Assembly: GCA_010909165.1 (NCBI GenBank)
Contig: VJWM01000025.1
Coordinates: 2,480,001-2,544,000 of the forward strand
Direction: 5' to 3'
From: Anthoceros angustus
Lineage: Eukaryota > Plantae > Anthocerotophyta
DNA: 64,000 bases
In this document: in pieces, positions 23,884 through 39,503 of the stretch
Numbering within the stretch: the first letter of the stretch is position 1
Layout of the letters: every line of letters starts with the position of its first letter
The notes under the pieces: generated by a model
What the model was told of the DNA's origin: nothing
What the model saw: only the letters and a program-made list of their open reading frames with translations
The model's database searches: none
Made by a program: the position numbers and the translations under genes

Positions 23884-24488
23884 ATGGGCTCGGTGGATGA
23901 CTTGTCAAAACCGGGGTTGAAGCAAGTAACCACAATTGCTATTGGGGACAAGATCATTCTAAGAGATCGTGCATGTATCGTACAAGAAATCACAAAAGGT
24001 GGAACATTCTATTTTTGAGGGGAGGATATCTTCACGCAACAAGAAGTTCAAGAATATGTTCTATATTCCAAGCAATGTTACACATTTGAGGTTTTATGTA
24101 CAAAGTACTCGTGATGTCAACAAGTCAAGTATATGGAGGACCAAAATGCGCCACGTTGAAACATGAACAAAATGATAAAACGTAGTTCTTCACCTTCCTC
24201 GAGATGAGAAACTTGATCGGTGCTTAGAAGATGGATTACGAAACGGAAAACACTTATCGATGATCGTATTGTCCATTTCAAAGGGTATTGAAAATTCCAA
24301 AGAGTTTCGTATAGAATATCTATATGACATAAATTCAATAGAACCGCTTTGGAGCGATTCTGGACCATGTTAAATATGCATGTTGAAAATGCAATTGGTG
24401 GCCACCAGGAGAATCAAAGATTAAATCAAACTCACGTGTAAATCTTTGGAAGTACTATTCCTCCATTGATAGCGTAATGGATATTTGA
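23884..24488 (+). pseudogene. eIF5A-like array copy 2 (frameshifted as assembled)
   Basis: Near-identical to copy 1; indels at homopolymers and CG sites. Confidence 0.55.
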
Positions 24489-25845
24489 AGTTGGAGCGTG
24501 CAATGTAGTGCGCCAAAGAGTTATCTCATCTCTCAAATGATGCCTCCTCATCACCTAGGTAGGAGAGTGAGATCCGTGTTTTATGAGTGGTTTTGGTGAG
24601 CTATTAGCCTTGTGTAGTCTTATTGTATTGAAATAAAGAGACTATTCACCACAAAATATGTAAAGTTTTATATAAATTTGCATTATACCTTGGAGCCATT
24701 AGGGCCAGTTTTTGAGACATTGTGTTAACACCTTACGTGTCAGTGGTTCATGGGTCCTTAACCTAAGCATTATGTTACTCCTAACTTTGTCTGATACGAT
24801 TCGCCTACCATTTGCCGTAGATTGTCGAGCCATAGCGTGGAAGTCCATTATGGTGACTCACTCGTAAGTTGCCCGCAAGGGTGTGGTTGGTTATGGAAGG
24901 AGTGGTCCAGGTTCCTTATCGCCGGATTTTTGCGTACATATGCATTCTTGAACTCTTGCTATAGCAAAGAGCAACAGAGACGCCTTGTCTATGACATCAT
25001 CCACAGGAGGCTAGCGGGCTATGCCCGCACTACGCCATGCGGCCATGAAGGCTAATTACGCAGGCTACTCACAATAGTCTTTATGCCCTTTTGGCACGAT
25101 GGGCCATCCAATTGACTGGCCGTCTTGATTGGCCCAATCGGGCTAATGGCCCGATCGCAGTGTGGAGTGCTCGACTTTCGATAGAACTAGCTAATGTGCA
25201 CATTCCGCTATAAATGTCGTTAGTATCTTATTCAATCCCTCATAGATTGTGAGCAGCAATTAAGCGTTTAAGATCTACACAAAATATAAGAAAAACCACA
25301 CAGTAGACCCGATAATTTTTATCAATAGTGATTAACATCACAAGTTATTCCAAAAATAAAGGAAGCTTCCTCCGTCTTTCTAAACACCAAAACCCGAGCC
25401 CAAGGAAACTTTTACAAATTCATCAAATGTGTTTAAGATACAACAACTCAAAAGGCCAAAGAAACTTTTACAAATTCATCAAGGTGTCCAAAATTCAAAA
25501 ACTCAAAAGCCAAGGAAACTTTTACAAATTCCTCAATAATGTGTATTAGACACGAAAACTCAAAGCACCAGAAAAATTTTATAAATTCACCGATGTGTCT
25601 TACACACAAAGTCTCAAAACCAAGGAAGCTTTCACAAAATCATTGCTATATATGTACCCTTGAGCAAGTGACTTATTACATCGTGGTAATCAAGCATCAC
25701 TAAGCAGTTGCATTTTCCAAGGAAAATTTCACAAAATCATTGCTATGTATGTAGCCCCGAGCACGTGACATATTACAATGGTAATTGCAAGCATCACCGA
25801 ACGGTTGGATTTTTCTACATAGTTGTTTCAAATCAAAAGCGTGCC

Positions 25846-26448
25846 ATGGGCTCGATGGATGACTTGTCAAAACCAGGTTGAAGCAAGTAACCACAATTGC
25901 TATTGGGGACAAGATCATTCTAAGAGATCGTGCATGTATCGTACAAGAAATCACAAAAGGTGGAACATTCTATTTTTGAGGGGAGGATATCTTCACGCAA
26001 CAAGAAGTTCAAGAATATGTTCTATATTCCAAGCAATGTTACACATTTGAGGTTTTATGTACAAAGTACTCGATGATGTCAACAAGTCAAGTATATGGAG
26101 GACCAAAATGCGTCACGTTGAAACATGAACAAAATGATAAAACGTAGTTCTTCACCTTCCTCGAGATGAGAAACTTGATCGGTGCTTAGAAGATGGATTA
26201 CGAAGCGGAAAACACTTATCGATGATCGTATTGTCCATTTCAAAGGGTATTGAAAATTCCAAAGAGTTTCAGATAGAATATCTATATGACATAAATTCAA
26301 TAGAACCGCTTTGGAGCGATTCTGGGACCATGTTAAATATGCATGTTGAAAATGCAATTGGTGGCCACCAGAGAATCAAAGATTAAATCAAACTCACGTA
26401 AATCTTTGGAAGTACTATTCCTCCATTGATAGCGTAATGGATATTTGA
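25846..26448 (+). pseudogene. eIF5A-like array copy 3 (frameshifted as assembled)
   Basis: Near-identical to copy 1. Confidence 0.55.
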
Positions 26449-27812
26449 AGTTGAGCGTGCAATGTAGTGCGCCAAAGAGTTATCTCATCTCTCAAATGAT
26501 GCCTCCTCATCACCTAGGTAGGAGAGTGAGATCCGTGTTTTATGAGTGGTTTTGGTGAGCTATTAGCCTTGTGTAGTCTTATTGTATTGAAATAAAGAGA
26601 CTATTCACCACAAAATATGTAAAGTTTTATATAAATTTGCATCGTATACCTTGGAGCCATTAGGGCCAGTTTTTGAGACATTGTGTTAACACCTTGCGAC
26701 GTGTCAGTGGTTCATGGGTCCTTAACCTAAGCATTATGTTACTCCCTAACTTTGTCACGATACGATTCGGCCTACCATTTGCCGTAGATTGTCGAGCCAC
26801 CTTAGCGTGGAAGTCCATTATGGTGACTCACTGTAAGTTGCCCGCAAGGGTGTGGTTGGTTATGGAAGGAGTGGTCCAGGTTCCTGTTATCGGATTTACT
26901 GCGTACATATGCATTCTTGAACTCTTGCTATAGCAAAGAGCAACGATGAAGCGTCTTATGCGTGACATCATCCACAGGAGGCTAGCGGGCTATGCCTGGC
27001 ACTACACCATGCAGCCATGAAGGCTAATTACGCACGGGCTACTCACAATAGTCTTTATGCCCTTTTGGCACGATGGGCCATCCAATTGCGACCGTCTTGA
27101 TTGGCCCAATCGGGCTAATGGCCCGATCATGAAGTGTGGAGTGCTCGACTTTCGAGAACTAGCCACTAATGTGCACATTCCGGCTATAAATGTCGTTAGT
27201 ATCTTATTCAATCCCTCATAGATTGTGAGCGAATTAAGCGTTTAAGATCTACACAAAATATAAGAAAAACCACACAGTAGACCCGATAGTGATAGTGATT
27301 AACATCACAAGTTATTCCAAAAATAAAGGAAGCTTCCTCCGTCTTTCTAAACACCAAAACCGGGCCCAAGGAAACTTTTACAAATTCATCAAATGTGTTT
27401 AAGATACAACAACTCAAAAGGCCAAAGAAACTTTTACAAATTCATCAAGGTGTCCAAAATTCAAACTCAAAAGCCAAGGAAACTTTTACAAATTCCTCAA
27501 TAATGTGTATTAGACACGAAAACTCAAAGCACCAGAAAAATTTTATAAATTCACCGATGTGTCTTACACAAAGTCTCAAAACCCAAGGAAGCTTTCACAA
27601 AATCATTGCTATATATGTACCCTTGAGCAAGTGACTTATTACATCGTGGTAATCGCAAGCATCACTAAAGCAGTTGCATTTTCCAAGGAAAATTTCACAA
27701 AATCATTGCTATGTATGTAGCCCCGAGCACGTGACATATTACATAGTAATTGCAAGCATCACCGAACGGTTGGATTTTTCTACATAGTTGTTTACGAAAT
27801 CAAAAGCGTGCC

Positions 27813-28413
27813 ATGGGCTCGATGGATGACTTGTCAAAACCGGTTGAAGCAAGTAACCACAATTGCTATTGGGGACAAGATCATTCTAAGAGATCGTGCA
27901 TGTATCGACAAGAAATCACAAAAGGTGGAACATTCTATTTTTGAGGGGAGGATATCTTCACGCAACAAGAAGTTCAAGAATATGTTCTATATTCCAAGCA
28001 ATGTTACACATTTGAGGTTTTATGTACAAAGTACTCGATGATGTCAACAAGTCAAGTATATGGAGGACCAAAATGCGTCACGTTGAAACATGAACAAAAT
28101 GATAAAACGTAGTTCTTCACCTTCCTCGAGATGAGAAACTTGATCGGTGCTTAGAAGATGGATTACGAACGGAAAACACTTATCGATGATCGTATTGTCC
28201 ATTTCAAAGGGTATTGAAAATTCCAAAGAGTTTCGTATAGAATATCTATATGACATAAATTCAATAGAACCGCTTTGGAGCGATTACGGGACCATGTTAA
28301 ATATGCATGTTGAAAATGCAATTGGTGGCCACGGAGAATCAAAGATTAAATCAAACTCACGTGTAAATCTTTGGAAGTACTATTCCTCCATTGATAGCGT
28401 AATGGATATTTGA
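27813..28413 (+). pseudogene. eIF5A-like array copy 4 (frameshifted as assembled)
   Basis: Near-identical to copy 1; the C-terminal half is open (NGKHLSMIVL...VNLWKYY). Confidence 0.55.
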
Positions 28414-29761
28414 AGTTGGAGCGTGCAATGTAGTGCGCCAAAGAGTTATCTCATCTCTCAAATGATGCCTCCTCATCACCTAGGTAGGAGAGTGAGATCC
28501 GTGTTTTATGAGTGGTTTTGGTGAGCTATTAGCCTTGTGTAGTCTTATTGTATTGAAATAAAGAGACTATTCACCACAAAATATGTAAAGTTTTATATAA
28601 ATTTGCATCGTATACCTTGGAGCCATTAGGGCTTTTGAGACATTGTGTTAACACCTTGCGACGTGTGGTGGTTCATGGGTCCTTAACCTAAGCATTATGT
28701 TACTCCTAACTGTCTGATACGATTCGCCTACCATTTGTAGATTGTGAGCCACATGGCGTGGAAGTCCATTATGGTGACTCACTCGTAAGTTGCCAAGGGT
28801 GTGGTTGGTTATGGAAGGAGTGGTCCGGGGTTCTGTTATCGCTGGATTTGCGTACATATGCATTCTTGAACTCTTGCTATAGCAAAGAGCAACGATGACG
28901 TCTTATGCGTGACATCATCCACAGGAGGCTAGCGGGCTATGCCCCGGCACTACACCATGCGACCATGAAGGCTAATTACATACGGGCTACTCACAATAGT
29001 CTTTATGCCCTTTTGGCCCGATGGGCCATCCAATTCTTGACTGACCGTCTTGATTGGCCCAATCTAATGCGGCCAAGTGTGGAGTGCTCGACTTTCGAGA
29101 ACTAGCCAGCTAATGTGCACATTCCGGCTATAAATGTCGTTAGTATCTTATTCAATCCCTCATAGATTGTGAGCAGCAATTAGCGTTTAAGATCTACACA
29201 AAATATAAGAAAAACCACACACAGTAGACCCGATAGTGATAGTGATTAACATCACAAGTTATTCCAAAAATAAAGGAAGCTTCCTCCGTCTTTCTAAACA
29301 CCAAAACCCGAGCCCAAGGAAACTTTTACAAATTCATCAAATGTGTTTAAGATACAACAACTCAAAAGGCCAAAGAAACTTTTACAAATTCATCAAGGTG
29401 TCCAAAATTCAAAAACTCAAAAGCCAAGGAAACTTTTACAAATTCCTCAATAATGTGTATTAGACACGAAAACTCAAAAGCACCAGAAAATTTTATAAAT
29501 TCACCGATGTGTCTTACACAAAGTCTCAAAACCCAAGGAAGCTTTCACAAAATCATTGCTATATATGTACCCTTGAGCAAGTGACTTATTACATCGTGGT
29601 AATCGCAAGCATCACTAAAGCGGTTGCATTTTCCAAGGAAAATTTCACAAAATCATTGCTATGTATGTAGCCACGAGCACGTGACATATTACGGTGTGTA
29701 ATTGCAAGCATCACCGAACGTTGGATTTTTCTACATAGTTGTTTCAAATCAAAAGCGTGCC

Positions 29762-30361
29762 ATGGGCTCGATGGATGACTTGTCAAAACCGGGGTTGAAG
29801 CAAGTAACCACAATTGCTATTGGGGACAAGATCATTCTAAGAGATCGTGCATGTATCGTATGAAATCACAAAAGGTGGAACATTCTATTTTTGAGGGGAG
29901 GATATCTTCACGCAACAAGAAGTTCAAGAATATGTTCTATATTCCAAGCAATGTTACACATTTGAGGTTTTATGTACAAAGTACTGATGTCAACAAGTCA
30001 AGTATATGGAGGACCAAAATGCGTCACGTTGAAACATGAACAAAATGATAAAACGTAGTTCTTCACCTTCCTCGAGATGAGAAACTTGATCGGTGCTTAG
30101 AAGATGGATTACGAAACGGAAAACACTTATCGATGATCGTATTGTCCATTTCAAAGGGTATTGAAAATTCCAAAGAGTTTCGTATAGAATATCTATATGA
30201 CATAAATTCAATAGAACCGCTTTGGAGCGATTACGGGACCATGTTAAATATGCATGTTGAAAATGCAATTGGTGGTACTCGGAGAATCAAAGATTAAATC
30301 AAACTCACGTGTAAATCTTTGGAAGTACTATTCCTCCATTGATAGCGTAATGGATATTTGA
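29762..30361 (+). pseudogene. eIF5A-like array copy 5 (frameshifted as assembled)
   Basis: Near-identical to copy 1. Confidence 0.55.
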
Positions 30362-31702
30362 AGTTGGGCGTGCAATGTAGTGCGCCAAAGAGTTATCTCA
30401 TCTCTCAAATGATGCCTCCTCATCACCTAGGTAGGAGAGTGAGATCCGTGTTTTATGAGTGGTTTTGGTGAGCTATTAGCCTTGTGTAGTCTTATTGTAT
30501 TGAAATAAAGAGACTATTCACCACAAAATATGTAAAGTTTTATATAAATTTGCATCGTATACCTTGGAGCCATTAGGGCTTTTGAGACATTGTGTTAACA
30601 CCTTGCGACGTGTCGCTGGTTCATGGGTCCTTAACCTAAGCATTATGTTACTCCCTAACTCTCGACACGATTCGCCTACCATTTGCCGAGATTGTCGAGC
30701 CACAAAGCGTGGAAGTCCATTATGGTGACTCACTCGTAAGTTGCCCGCAAGGGTGTGGTTGGTTATGGAAGGAGTGGTCCAGTTCCTGCTATCGCTGGAT
30801 TTCTGCGTACATATGCATTCTTGAACTCTTGCTATAGCAAAGAGCAACAAGACGCCTTGTCTGACATCATCCTCAGGAGGCTAGCGGGCTATGCCCGGCA
30901 CTACACCATGCGACCATGAAGGCTAATTACACGGCTACTCACAATAGTCTTTATGCCTTTTTTGGCACGATGGGCCATCCAATTCTTGACTGTCTTGATT
31001 GGCCCAATCCTAATGGATCGCAGTGTGGAGTGCTCATTCCGAGAACTAGCCAGCTAATGTGCACATTCATATAAATGTCGTTAGTATCTTATTCAATCCC
31101 TCATAGATTGTGAGCAGCAATTAAGCGCTTAAGATCTACACAAAATATAAGAAAAACCACACCGAGTAGACCGATAGTGATAGTGATTAACATCACAAGT
31201 TATTCCAAAAATAAAGGAAAGCTTCCTCCGTCTTTCTAAACACCAAAACCCGAGCCCAAGGAAACTTTTACAAATTCATCAAATGTGTTTAAGATACAAC
31301 AACTCAAAAGGCCAAAGAAACTTTTACAAATTCATCAAGGTGTCCAAAATTCAAAACTCAAAAGCCAAGGAAACTTTTACAAATTCCTCAATAATGTGTA
31401 TTAGACACGAAAACTCAAAGCACCGGAAAATTTTATAAATTCACCGATGTGTCTTACACACAAAGTCTCAAAACCCAAGGAAGCTTTCACAAAATCATTG
31501 CTATATATGTACCCTTGAGCAAGTGATTTATTACATCGTGGTAATCGCAAGCATCACTAAACGGTTGCATTTTCCAAGGAAAATTTCACAAAATCATTGC
31601 TATGTATGTAGCCCCGAGCACGTGACATATTACAGTGGTAATTGCAAGCATCACCGAACGGTTGGATTTTTCTACATAGTTGTTTCAAATCAAAAGCGTG
31701 CC

Positions 31703-32305
31703 ATGGGCTCGATGGATGACTTGTCAAAACCGGGGTTGAAGCAAGTAACCACAATTGCTATTGGGGACAAGATCATTCTAAGAGATCGTGCATGTATCGT
31801 ACAAGAAATCACAAAAGGTGGAACATTCTATTTTTGAGGGGAGGATATCTTCACGCAACAAGAAGTTCAAGAATATGTTCTATATTCCAAGCAATGTTAC
31901 ACATTTGAGGTTTTATGTACAAAGTACTCGATGATGTCAACAAGTCAAGTATATGGAGGACCAAAATGCGCCACGTTGAAACATGAACAAAATGATAAAA
32001 CGTAGTTCTTCACCTTCCTCGAGATGAGAAACTTGATCGGTGCTTAGAAGATGGATTACTAAACGGAAAACACTTATCGATGATCGTATTGTCCATTTCA
32101 AAGGGTATTGAAAATTCCAAAGAGTTTCGTATAGAATATCTATATGACATAAATTCAATAGAACCGCTTTGGAGCGATTCACGGACCATGTTAAATATGC
32201 ATGTTGAAAATGCAATTGGTACTGTGAGAATCAAAGATTAAATCAAACTCACGTGTAAATCTTTGGAAGTACTATTCCTCCATTGATAGCGTAATGGATA
32301 TTTGA
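31703..32305 (+). pseudogene. eIF5A-like array copy 6 (frameshifted as assembled)
   Basis: Near-identical to copy 1. Confidence 0.55.
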
Positions 32306-33647
32306 AGTTGGAGCGTGCAATGTAGTGCGCCAAAGAGTTATCTCATCTCTCAAATGATGCCTCCTCATCACCTAGGTAGGAGAGTGAGATCCGTGTTTTA
32401 TGAGTGGTTTTGGTGAGCTATTAGCCTTGTGTAGTCTTATTGTATTGAAATAAAGAGACTATTCACCACAAAATATGTAAAGTTTTATATAAATTTGCAT
32501 AGTCTACCTTGGAGCCATTAGGGCTAGGTTTTTGAGACATTGTGTTAACACCTTGCGGCGTCGATTGGTTCATGGGTCCTTAACCTAAGCATTATGTTAC
32601 TCCCTAACTTTGTCTGATACGATTACCTACCATTTGCCGAGATTGTCGAGCCAGAGCGTGAAGTCCATTATGGTGACTCACTCGTAAGTTGCCCAAGGGT
32701 GTGGTTGGTTATGGAAGGAGTGGTCCAGGTTCCCGTTCGCCTGGATTACTGCGTACATATGCATTCTTGAACTCTTGCTATAGCAAAGAGACGCCTTGAC
32801 GTCTTGTCGTGACATCATCCCGGAGGCTAGCGGGCTATGCCTGGCACTACACCATGCAGCCATGAAGGCTAATTACGCAGGGCTACTCACAATAGTCTTT
32901 ATGCCCTTTTGGCACGATGGGCCATCCAATGTGACTGTCTTGATTGGCAATCACAATATCATCCGGTGTGGAGTGCTCATTTCGAGAACTAGCCGACTAA
33001 TGTGCACATTCCGGCTATAAATGTCGTTAGTATCTTATTCAATCCCTCATAGATTGTGAGCAGCAATTAAGCGTTTAAGATCTACACAAAATATAAGAAA
33101 AACCACACCGAGTAGACCGATAGTGATAGTGATTAACATCACAAGTTATTCCAAAAATAAAGAGAAAGCTTCCTCCGCCTTTCTAAACACCAAAACCCGA
33201 GCCCAAGGAAACTTTTACAAATTCATCAAATGTGTTTAAGATACAACAACTCAAAAGGCCAAAGAAACTTTTACAAATTCATCAAGGTGTCCAAAATTCA
33301 AAACTCAAAAGCCAAGGAAACTTTTACAAATTCCTCAATAATGTGTATTAGACACGAAAACTCAAAGCACCAGAAAAATTTTATAAATTCACCGATGTGT
33401 CTTACACACAAAGTCTCAAAACCCAAGGAAGCTTTCACAAAATCATTGCTATATATGTACCCTTGAGCAAGTGACTTATTACATCGTGGTAATCGCAAGC
33501 ATCACTAAACGTTGCATTTTCCAAGGAAAATTTCACAAAATCATTATGTATGTAGCCCCGAGCACGTGACATATTACGTGGTAATTGCAAGCATCACCGA
33601 ACGGTTGGATTTTTCTACATAGTTGTTTCTCAAATCAAAAGCGTGCC

Positions 33648-34243
33648 ATGGGCTGGATGACTTGTCAAAACCGGGGTTGACAAGTAACCACAATTGCTAT
33701 TGGGGACAAGATCATTCTAAGAGATCGTGCATGTATCGTACAAGAAATCACAAAAGGTGGAACATTCTATTTTTGAGGGGAGGATATCTTCACGCAACAA
33801 GAAGTTCAAGAATATGTTCTATATTCCAAGCAATGTTACACATTTGAGGTTTTATGTACAAAGTACTCGATGATGTCAACAAGTCAAGTATATGGAGGAC
33901 CAAAATGCGTCACGTTGAAACATGAACAAAATGATAAAACGTAGTTCTTCACCTTCCTCGAGATGAGAAACTTGATCGGTGCTTAGAAGATGGATTACTA
34001 AACGGAAAACACTTATCGATGATCGTATTGTCCATTTCAAAGGGTATTGAAAATTCCAAAGAGTTTCGTATAGAATATCTATATGACATAAATTCAATAG
34101 AACCGCTTTGGAGCGATTCGGACCATGTTAAATATGCATGTTGAAAATGCAATTGGTGGCCACCGGAGAATCAAAGATTAAATCAAACTCACGTGTAAAT
34201 CTTTGAAGTACTATTCTCCATTGATAGCGTAATGGATATTTGA
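33648..34243 (+). pseudogene. eIF5A-like array copy 7 (frameshifted as assembled)
   Basis: Near-identical to copy 1. Confidence 0.55.
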
Positions 34244-35594
34244 AGTTGGAGCGTGCAATGTAGTGCGCCAAAGAGTTATCTCATCTCTCAAATGATGCCT
34301 CCTCATCACCTAGGTAGGAGAGTGAGATCCGTGTTTTATGAGTGGTTTTGGTGAGCTATTAGCCTTGTGTAGTCTTATTGTATTGAAATAAAGAGACTAT
34401 TCACCACAAAATATGTAAAGTTTTATATAAATTTGCATCAGATACCTTGGAGCCATTAGGGCCAGTTTTTGAGACATTGTGTTAACACCTTACGATCGCT
34501 GGTTCATGGGTCCTTAACCTAAGCATTATGTTACTCCCTAACTCCCGACGATTCGCCTACCATTTGCCGTAGATTGTCGAGCCCCTGTGGCGTGGAAGTC
34601 CATTATGGTGACTCACTCGTAAGTTGCCCGCAAGGGTGTGGTTGGTTATGGAAGGAGTGGTCCAGGTTCCCTATCGCCTGGATTTGCGTACATATGCATT
34701 CTTGAACTCTTGCTATAGCAAAGAGCAAAGAGAGCGTCTTGTCCGTGACATCATCCACAGGAGGCTAGCGGGCTATGCCTGCACTACACCATGCAGCCAT
34801 GAAGGCTAATTACGCACGGGCTACTCACAATAGTCTTTATGCCCTTTTGGCCGATGGGCCATCCAATTCTTGCGACCGTCTTGATTTGATCGCTAATAGC
34901 CGATCGCAAGTGTGGAGTGCTCACTTTCAAGAGAACTAGCCAGCCTAATGTGCACATTCCGGCTATAAATGTCGTTAGTATCTTATTCAATCCCTCATAG
35001 ATTGTGAGCAGCAATTAAGCGCTTAAGATCTACACAAAATATAAGAAAAACCACACCGAGTAGACCTGATAGTGATAGTGATTAACATCACAAGTTATTC
35101 CAAAAATAAAGGAAAGCTTCCTCCGTCTTTCTAAACACCAAAACCCGAGCCCAAGGAAACTTTTACAAATTCATCAAATGTGTTTAAGATACAACAACTC
35201 AAAAGGCCAAAGAAACTTTTACAAATTCATCAAGGTGTCCAAAATTCAAAACTCAAAAGCCAAGGAAACTTTTACAAATTCCTCAATAATGTGTATTAGA
35301 CACGAAAACTCAAAGCACCAGAAAAATTTTATAAATTCACCGATGTGTCTTACACACAAAGTCTCAAAACCCAAGGAAGCTTTCACAAAATCATTGCTAT
35401 ATATGTACCCTTGAGCAAGTGACTTATTACATCGTGGTAATCGCAAGCATCAAACAGTTGCATTTTCCAAGGAAAATTTCACAAAATCATTGCTATGTAT
35501 GTAGCCCGAGCACGTGACATATTACAGTGGTAATTGCAAGCATCACCGAACGGTTGGATTTTTCTACATAGTTGTTTCAAATCAAAAGCGTGCC

Positions 35595-36198
35595 ATGGGC
35601 TCGATGGATGACTTGTCAAAACCAGGTTGAAGCAAGTAACCACAATTGCTATTGGGGACAAGATCATTCTAAGAGATCGTGCATGTATCGTACAGAAATC
35701 ACAAAAGGTGGAACATTCTATTTTTGAGGGGAGGATATCTTCACGCAACAAGAAGTTCAAGAATATGTTCTATATTCCAAGCAATGTTACACATTTGAGG
35801 TTTTATGTACAAAGTACTCGATGATGTCAACAAGTCAAGTATATGGAGGACCAAAATGCGCCACGTTGAAACATGAACAAAATGATAAAACGTAGTTCTT
35901 CACCTTCCTCGAGATGAGAAACTTGATCGGTGCTTAGAAGATGGATTACTAAACGGAAAACACTTATCGATGATCGTATTGTCCATTTCAAAGGGTATTG
36001 AAAATTCCAAAGAGTTTCGTATAGAATATCTATATGACATAAATTCAATAGAACCGCTTTGGAGCGATTCTGGGACCATGTTAAATATGCATGTTGAAAA
36101 TGCAATTGGTGGCCACCGGAGAATCAAAGATTAAATCAAACTCACGTGTAAATCTTTGGAAGTACTATTCCTCCATTGATAGCGTAATGGATATTTGA
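35595..36198 (+). pseudogene. eIF5A-like array copy 8 (frameshifted as assembled)
   Basis: Near-identical to copy 1. Confidence 0.55.
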
Positions 36199-37548
36199 AG
36201 TTGGAGCGTGCAATGTAGTGCGCCAAAGAGTTATCTCATCTCTCAAATGATGCCTCCTCATCACCTAGGTAGGAGAGTGAGATCCGTGTTTTATGAGTGG
36301 TTTTGGTGAGCTATTAGCCTTGTGTAGTCTTATTGTATTGAAATAAAGAGACTATTCACCACAAAATATGTAAAGTTTTATATAAATTTGCATCGTATAC
36401 CTTGGAGCCATTAGGGCCAGTTTTTGAGACATTGTGTTAACACCTTGCGGCGATCGATGGTTCATGGGTCCTTAACCTAAGCATTATGTTACTCCCTAAC
36501 CTCGACACGATTCGCCTACCATTTGCCGTAGATTGTCGAGCCCCATGGCGTGGAAGTCCATTATGGTGACTCACTCGTAAGTTGCCGCAAGGGTGTGGTT
36601 GGTTATGGAAGGAGTGGTCCGGGGTTCTGTTATCGCTGGATTTCTGCAGACATATGCATTCTTGAACTCTTGCTATAGCAAAGAGCAAGAGACGCGTCTT
36701 ATGACATCATCCCCTGGAGGCTAGCGGGCTATGCACGCACTACACCATGCAGCCATGAAGGCTAATTACGCACGGGCTACTCACAATAGTCTTTATGCCC
36801 TTTTGGCCTGATGGGCCATCCAATTCGGCTTTGACTTGATTGGCCCAATCACTAATGGCCCGATCAGTGTGGAGTGCTCGCCAAGAGAACTAGCTGCTAA
36901 TGTGCACATTCCGGCTATAAATGTCGTTAGTATCTTATTCAATCCCTCATAGATTGTGAGCAGAATTAAGCGTTTAAGATCTACACAAAATATAAGAAAA
37001 ACCACACCGAGTAGACCCGATAGTGATAGTGATTAACATCACAAGTTATTCCAAAAATAAAGGAGCTTCCTCCGCCTTTCTAAACACCAAAACCCGAGCC
37101 CAAGGAAACTTTTACAAATTCATCAAATGTGTTTAAGATACAACAACTCAAAAGGCCAAAGAAACTTTTACAAATTCATCAAGGTGTCCAAAATTCAAAA
37201 CTCAAAAGCCAAGGAAACTTTTACAAATTCCTCAATAATAATGTATTAGACACGAAAACTCAAAGCACCAGAAAAATTTTATAAATTCACCGATGTGTCT
37301 TACACACAAAGTCTCAAAACCCAAGGAAGCTTTCACAAAATCATTGCTATATATGTACCCTTGAGCAAGTGACTTATTACATCGTGGTAATCGCAAGCAT
37401 CACTAAACGTTGCATTTTCCAAGGAAAATTTCACAAAATCATTGCTATGTATGTAGCCCGAGCACGTGACATATTACAGTGGTAATTGCAAGCATCACCG
37501 AACGGTTGGATTTTTCTACATAGTTGTTTACGAAATCAAAAGCGTGCC

Positions 37549-38152
37549 ATGGGCTCGATGGATGACTTGTCAAAACCGAGGTTGAAGCAAGTAACCACAA
37601 TTGCTATTGGGGACAAGATCATTCTAAGAGATCGTGCATGTATCGTATACAAGAAATCACAAAGGTGGAACATTCTATTTTTTGAGGGGAGGATATCTTC
37701 ACGCAACAAGAAGTTCAAGAATATGTTCTATATTCCAAGCAATGTTACACATTTGAGGTTTTATGTACAAAGTACTCGATGATGTCAACAAGTCAAGTAT
37801 ATGGAGGACCAAAATGCGTCACGTTGAAACATGAACAAAATGATAAAACGTAGTTCTTCACCTTCCTCGAGATGAGAAACTTGATCGGTGCTTAGAAGAT
37901 GGATTACAAACGGAAAACACTTATCGATGATCGTATTGTCCATTTCAAAGGGTATTGAAAATTCCAAAGAGTTTCGTATAGAATATCTATATGACATAAA
38001 TTCAATAGAACCGCTTTGGATTCTGGGACCATGTTAAATATGCATGTTGAAAAATGCAATTGGTGGCCACCGGAGAATCAAAGATTAAATCAAACTCACG
38101 TGTAAATCTTTGGAAGTACTATTCCTCCATTGATAGCGTAATGGATATTTGA
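37549..38152 (+). pseudogene. eIF5A-like array copy 9 (frameshifted as assembled)
   Basis: Near-identical to copy 1. Confidence 0.55.
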
Positions 38153-39503
38153 AGTTGGAGCGTGCAATGTAGTGCGCCAAAGAGTTATCTCATCTCTCAA
38201 ATGATGCCTCCTCATCACCTAGGTAGGAGAGTGAGATCCGTGTTTTATGAGTGGTTTTGGTGAGCTATTAGCCTTGTGTAGTCTTATTGTATTGAAATAA
38301 AGAGACTATTCACCACAAAATATGTAAAGTTTTATATAAATTTGCATCGTATACCTTGGAGCCATTAGGGCCAGTTTTTGAGACATTGTGTTAACACCTT
38401 ACGATCGTGGTTCATGGGTCCTTAACCTAAGCATTATGTTACTCCCTAACTTTGTCTACGATTCGCCTACCATTTGCCGTAGATTGTCGAGCCCATAGCG
38501 TGGAAGTCCATTATGGTGACTCACTCGTAAGTTGCCCGCAAGGGTGTGGTTGGTTATGGAAGGAGTGGTCAGGTTCCACGTTATCGCTGGATTTACCGTA
38601 CATATGCATTCTTGAACTCTTGCTATAGCAAAGAGCAACAGCGATGAGCGTCTTGTGCGTGACATCATCCACAGGAGGCTAGCGGGCTATGCCTGGCACT
38701 ACACCATGCGCCATGAAGGCTAATTACGACGGGCTACTCACAATAGTCTTTATGCCCTTTTGGCCTGATGGGCCATCCAATTCGCCGACTGTCTTGATTG
38801 GCCCAATCGGGCTAATGGCCCGATCGCCAAGTGTGGAGTGCTCACAAGAGAACTAGCCACTAATGTGCACATTCCGGCTATAAATGTCGTTAGTATCTTA
38901 TTCAATCCTCATAGATTGTGAGCAGCAATTAAGCGTTTAAGATCTACACAAAATATAAGAAAAACCACACTGAGTAGACCCGATAGTGATAGTGATTAAC
39001 ATCACAAGTTATTCCAAAAATAAAGGAAGCTTCCTCCGCCTTTCTAAACACCAAAACCCGAGCCCAAGGAAACTTTTACAAATTCATCAAATGTGTTTAA
39101 GATACAACAACTCAAAAGGCCAAAGAAACTTTTACAAATTCATCAAGGTGTCCAAAATTCAAAACTCAAAAGCCAAGGAAACTTTTACAAATTCCTCAAT
39201 AATGTGTATTAGACACGAAAACTCAAAAGCACCAAAATTTTATAAATTCACCGATGTGTCTTACACAAAGTCTCAAAACCCAAGGAAGCTTTCACAAAAT
39301 CATTGCTATATATGTACCCTTGAGCAAGTGACTTATTACATCGTGGTAATCGCAAGCATCACTAAACGTTGCATTTTCCAAGGAAAATTTCACAAAATCA
39401 TTGCTATGTATGTAGCCCGAGCACGTGACATATTACAGTGGTAATTGCAAGCATCACCGAACGGTTGGATTTTTCTACATAGTTGTTTACGAAATCAAAA
39501 GCC